Assembly (NCBI GenBank): GCA_964187785.1
Contig: OZ076409.1
Coordinates: 36,148,001 to 36,212,000 of the forward strand
Direction of reading: 5' to 3'
Length of the DNA stretch: 64,000 nt
DNA from: Amphiscolops sp. MND2022
Lineage: Eukaryota
The translations under genes and the position numbers were made by a program. This document shows, piece by piece, positions 60,601 to 64,000 of this stretch. Within the stretch, counting starts at the first letter, position 1. Every line of letters begins with the position of its first letter. The notes below the pieces were generated by a model, which was given only the letters and a program-made list of their open reading frames with translations, did not search any database and was not told the origin of the DNA.

Positions 60601-63019
60601 ATTCTTTCAAGCTGTTTTTAGTAGGCGCTTTTCTAGAGAAAAGTGCCCGACTCTTACAGTGGCTAGTTTTTAGTTGGCGCATTTTCCTTTAAGGAAAAAA
60701 GCCCGACTGTTACCGTGGCTAGTTTTTTAGTCGGCGCATTTTCCTTTAAGGAAAAAAGCCCGACTATTACAGTGGCTAGTTTTTTTTCGTCAGACCACAG
60801 AGCTCATCGCGTATGTACCACTTTTTACAGAAACTGATAAGTTCACTCAGGCCAAGTTCGACCAATGCAAACTTACTGCAAAGGGTCCCCCCTTTCATTT
60901 TTTACCTTTTTTACGTAACCTACAAAACCGGAAGAGACCAAAGGGTCCCCCCTTTCAATTTTTTTTCGGCACTGTGCGAATTTTTTTTTCGAAAATTTTT
61001 AATTTTTCAAAAGAGTCCCCCCTTCGGATTTTTTGATATTTTGCAACAGAAAGTATGTTAATGATTCCCAAAGGGTCCCCCTTTTCATTTTTCGGCACTA
61101 TGCGACGTTTTCGAAGTTTTTTCAAAAAAAAATTTCAAAAAAAATTTTTCAAAAAAATTTTCAAAATTTTTTTGTTTCCAGTCGGGAAAAGTGATTTTCC
61201 AGTCATATCGAGCATGAAAGGCACACTTTGGGTGTCTCGTGAGCTTTTTGAGCCTTAGATATTGCGCCGACTTTAGACGTTCCCGTTTGTTTTTTTTCGT
61301 CAGACCACAGACCTCATCGCGTATGTACCACTTTTTACAGACTTCACTCTCGCTCACATGTACTCGTCAGTACTCGGTTTACGGTGAACCCAGCGGTCAC
61401 GGGTTCGAGTCCTTGGTTTAGCCAGAAACTTTTCCGAGCAATTTTTTTCGGCACTGTGCTACTTTTTTCGAAAGTTTTTTGTCGCCAAAGGGTCCCCCCT
61501 TCAAGTTTTTTGATATTTTGCAGCAAACTGAAGTTTCAAAAAGCCCAAATGGCCCCACTTTCTAGTTTTTCGGCACTATGAGACTTTCAAAAATCTCATT
61601 TTTAGTCGGCGCCTTTTCCCTTAAGGAAAAAAGCCCGACTCTTACAGTGAGTAGTTTTTTTTTTTCAGTTGACAATCTCACTCTGAGTGGTCCACTTTTC
61701 TTACAATCTTTGTTCACATTTGTTCACATTTGTTCAACTAATTTTCTGAAAAGCAGGAGATCGTGGGTTCGATTCTCGCACTAAACCACAAATTTTTTAT
61801 GTTTCCAAAAGTAGATGCGAGACCAAAGCTTTGTTTCGTTTCGTTTGATTTTTTTTCGTTTTTTTTTCGGCACTATGCGACTTTTTTTTCGAAAATTTTC
61901 GGATTCTATCAATTGCATTTTTTTGAAGTTTTCGGTTTGTAAAAACGTTCAATGAGCCTGAATGGCCTCTTTTTGAGTTTTTGTGGCATTGTGCGATTTT
62001 CTAAAAAAAATACTTTTTTCGAAAAAAAAAATTTTCAATATTTTTTTTGAAAAAAATTTTTCCAAATGTTTCCAATAGTTGTTCTTTGAATATTTTTGAG
62101 CCTTAGATATGGCGCCGACTTGAGACGATCCCGTCTTGTTTTTTCGAAAATTTTTCCAAAAAAATTTTTTTAAATGTCTCCAAAGGGTCCCCCCTCAACT
62201 TTTTTGATATTTTGCAACAGACTGGATTTTTAAAAAGTCGGAAGGGGTCCCCCCTTTAACAAATTCAAAAAAATAGTGCTTTTTTGAGCCTTAGATATAG
62301 CGCCGACTTCAGACGTTCCCGTCTTGTTCTATCTTTGTTCGAGGGAATTTTAACCATGTTTTCAAACGTTTAAAACGTTTGTTTTGGTTAAAATTAATTT
62401 AAAACTTAGAATGGCCAACCCTGTTGATATCTCCACAACAACGCATACCAGAGAAATGAACTAAGGCGCGCTGAAAAGGTATGATATTAGGCTTTCATTT
62501 TGGTCTGGTGAGCCCCTGTCGTCAAACTGAACTTTCTCTAACCTTCAAGCTTGATGAACGTGCATTGCACTTTTGTCACCATTTAAAAACAGGAGCCAAT
62601 TGGAACAAATATTGCAATCTACAATTAAAATTATAAATTTTGTGGTCATATTTAAGTTTAGTTCATGTTCCAAACTTCTTCAATTCTACTTCATTAAACT
62701 CCAACAGAATTGTTCAGTCTAACTTTCGGACACACAGAGCGTGCATGTGATGAAAAGTGAAGGACTTACCATGTTTTTCGAGGTACTTTTCGAACTCTAT
62801 GATAGCGGGGGGTTTGGTAGATGAGAGATCATTGGTCATATTGTATATCTTCACCTTTGATCCACTGCTACCGGGTGCACCAGACGCCGACGCAGGGGAG
62901 CCACGAGAGTTCACCACTGACGCTGATTGGCTCTGCTGTTGTTGAATATCCCATGCCTCTATTCTCCGCTCCAGTGCCGCCAGCTCGTGGTACAAAGACT
63001 TCTCGGCGTGCACGAACAG
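48470..63019 (-). CDS. CCDC112: Coiled-coil domain-containing protein 112-like, spliced gene span; last 6 exons, 5' part outside window
   Basis: Phase-consistent exons; motifs PPAIIEFEKYLEKHGGERGGWDEYDHVTFVK and C-terminal RDPSRLLQPTKGWE..IPQKAVPAWR match what I recall of CCDC112. Confidence 0.88.
48953..49107 (-). CDS. CCDC112: CCDC112 exon (EKRIQSTKK..VHRDPSR)
   Basis: 155 nt, phase 0-2. Confidence 0.87.
50098..50250 (-). CDS. CCDC112: CCDC112 exon (EKERAYLLRQKEIKEK..KAQLR)
   Basis: 153 nt, phase 0-0; an alternative in-frame acceptor would start the exon at 50283. Confidence 0.8.
51138..51304 (-). CDS. CCDC112: CCDC112 exon (..EKREMIKLWRIRKMEEERR..)
   Basis: 167 nt, phase 1-0, gtgagt donor. 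Confidence 0.85.
52129..54116 (-). pseudogene. LINE ORF2 reverse-transcriptase region with stop at 52500 and a frameshift just downstream
   Basis: ORFs 52500-54218 and 52129-52407; the first ~34 aa of the track ORF come from the HINE insert. Confidence 0.88.
54118..54666 (-). mobile_element. HINE family D inserted in the LINE (duplicate at about 56655-57206)
   Basis: 13-bp subterminal IR TATTTCTGCTTTA, 5' hairpin, 3' GCCCC-GGA-GGGGC stem-loop; removing it restores the LINE frame NLTIY-EKWVT with no TSD. Confidence 0.88.
54905..55000. repeat. Minisatellite with TAATTACTGAAGTTTG core (5 units here, 6 at about 57445-57559)
   Basis: Direct reading of the repeats. Confidence 0.9.
59606..59884 (-). 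CDS. CCDC112: CCDC112 exon (GERGGWDEYDHVTFVK..IANWRKQK)
   Basis: 279 nt, phase 1-1. Confidence 0.9.
60276..62423. mobile_element. hAT-like MITE expanded by nested HINEs
   Basis: TIR CAGGGTTGGCCA..TGGCCAACCCTG; 8-bp flanks TTGATATT / TTGATATC. Confidence 0.8.
60615..62328 (+). mobile_element. Cluster of nested and tandem HINE family A elements
   Basis: Three tandem 5' hairpin ends (60615-60785), 3' ends near 61295, 62144 and 62328, and a complete nested copy at 61599-62144. Confidence 0.85.
62770..63019 (-). CDS. CCDC112: CCDC112 exon (LFVHAEKSLYHELAALERRIEAW..FEKYLEKH)
   Basis: tttag acceptor, gtaagt donor, phase 0-1. Confidence 0.87.
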
Positions 63020-63429
63020 CTAAATTAAACAGCAAACCCATCATTATTTCATCCAATGCTCCCTCTGAGATATACATGTAGTGTCTGTATTTCTTTACAC
63101 TACAATGTAGGGAACCATCAATCGAAGGTCCATTTAAATCATTACATTTGTCCGTCAGCCTTGAATTCAATTCAAATTATGAAAAGGAATGAAATTGAAA
63201 CACTAATGGAAAGCTTCCATGTGTAAAAATGTTTATCCTATATTGAACAGAAGATTATTGTTCGTTTACCACGTATAGTTGATATGCTTGCCTCAAAGTC
63301 ATGATGGAAACATATCAAGGTCAAGTTAAGAATTGATAACCACGACAACGTACAAATATATTAACTAAGAGGACTAATTGTTTATTTTCAACCTGATCAA
63401 ATGTAATCTGACTACAAATTATGTAGTCT

Positions 63430-63505
63430 GGCCACTCGACCTCAGTGGTTAGAGGGTGTGGCTGGGATGCAAGATCAATGTGAATACGAATCCGGGGGTT
63501 GAATA
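63430..63505 (+). other. Highly degenerate tRNA-derived fragment
   Basis: cctcagtggttagag A-like box and decayed B-like atacgaatcc. Confidence 0.35.
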
Positions 63506-64000
63506 CATTTGCTTGCGGGGCTAGTGTACTACTCCTTTAGTTTTTTTTCGATTTTTTCAGTTAGGAAAAAAGCCTTTCGAGCAGTGAATTGGATCGCTTG
63601 TAAGCGAAAGCGACGTAATATCGGAATAAGTACCGAAAGCGACGGCTGAAATTTGCGCTTATTTGATTGGAAATTTTTAGCAAATTTGTAAAAAAAAGTG
63701 CTCAGAACTTACAGTGGTAAGTTTTTTACCGCACATTTGACCCGACAGCGGTACAGTTGAAAGATGTCTTTTGTGGTGGTAGTCTGTTGAGAAAAGGGAG
63801 TAATCGACCTTCGGTTTTTCAGCATTGTGCGACTTTTCGAAACTTTTTTCAAATCATCAATCGGAATTTTTGAAGTTTCATTCAGGGAAAATGAAACATG
63901 AACGTGAAGAGTCCTCTTTGGGTACATTTCGGCTCTAAGATTCATGAATATTTTCCCAATAATTGTTCCTGAGCACTCATAAAAGACTTTGCTCTGTTTG

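Noticed and set aside
63709..63945. 78-aa ORF as an upstream CCDC112 exon
   Set aside because: No CCDC112-like peptide, and it overlaps degenerate repeat-type sequence.
1..64000. Species assignment (repeat style reminded me of acoel genomes)
   Set aside because: Cannot be supported from the sequence alone; BLAST of the CADPS peptide would be needed.

Overview
AT-rich animal genomic DNA with spliceosomal introns; I see no prokaryotic operon, rRNA or CRISPR. Two intron-split genes lie on the minus strand. The first is the 3' part of a CCDC112-like gene (6 exons, stop at 48470). The second is a CAPS/UNC-31 (CADPS) gene whose ATG is only 558 bp further downstream (47911); I traced 17 phase-consistent coding exons down to 2912, and the gene continues off the left edge. 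The introns are full of mobile DNA: a full-length but disabled Ty3/Gypsy (Mag-like) LTR element (267-bp LTRs, 5-bp TSD, tRNA-Ser PBS), a Tc1 deletion derivative keeping only the DNA-binding domain, a truncated CR1-group LINE, Tc1/pogo, hAT and piggyBac-like MITEs, and a 2.5-kb tandem duplication. The dominant repeats are at least four non-autonomous families with Helentron/DINE-1 (HINE) end architecture, several carrying tRNA-like A-box/B-box/oligo-T cassettes. One family, with a second nested inside it, forms a 7.8-kb head-to-tail array in one CADPS intron. All calls were made by eye; protein names rest on recalled motifs, not database searches, and repeat boundaries may be off by a few bases.
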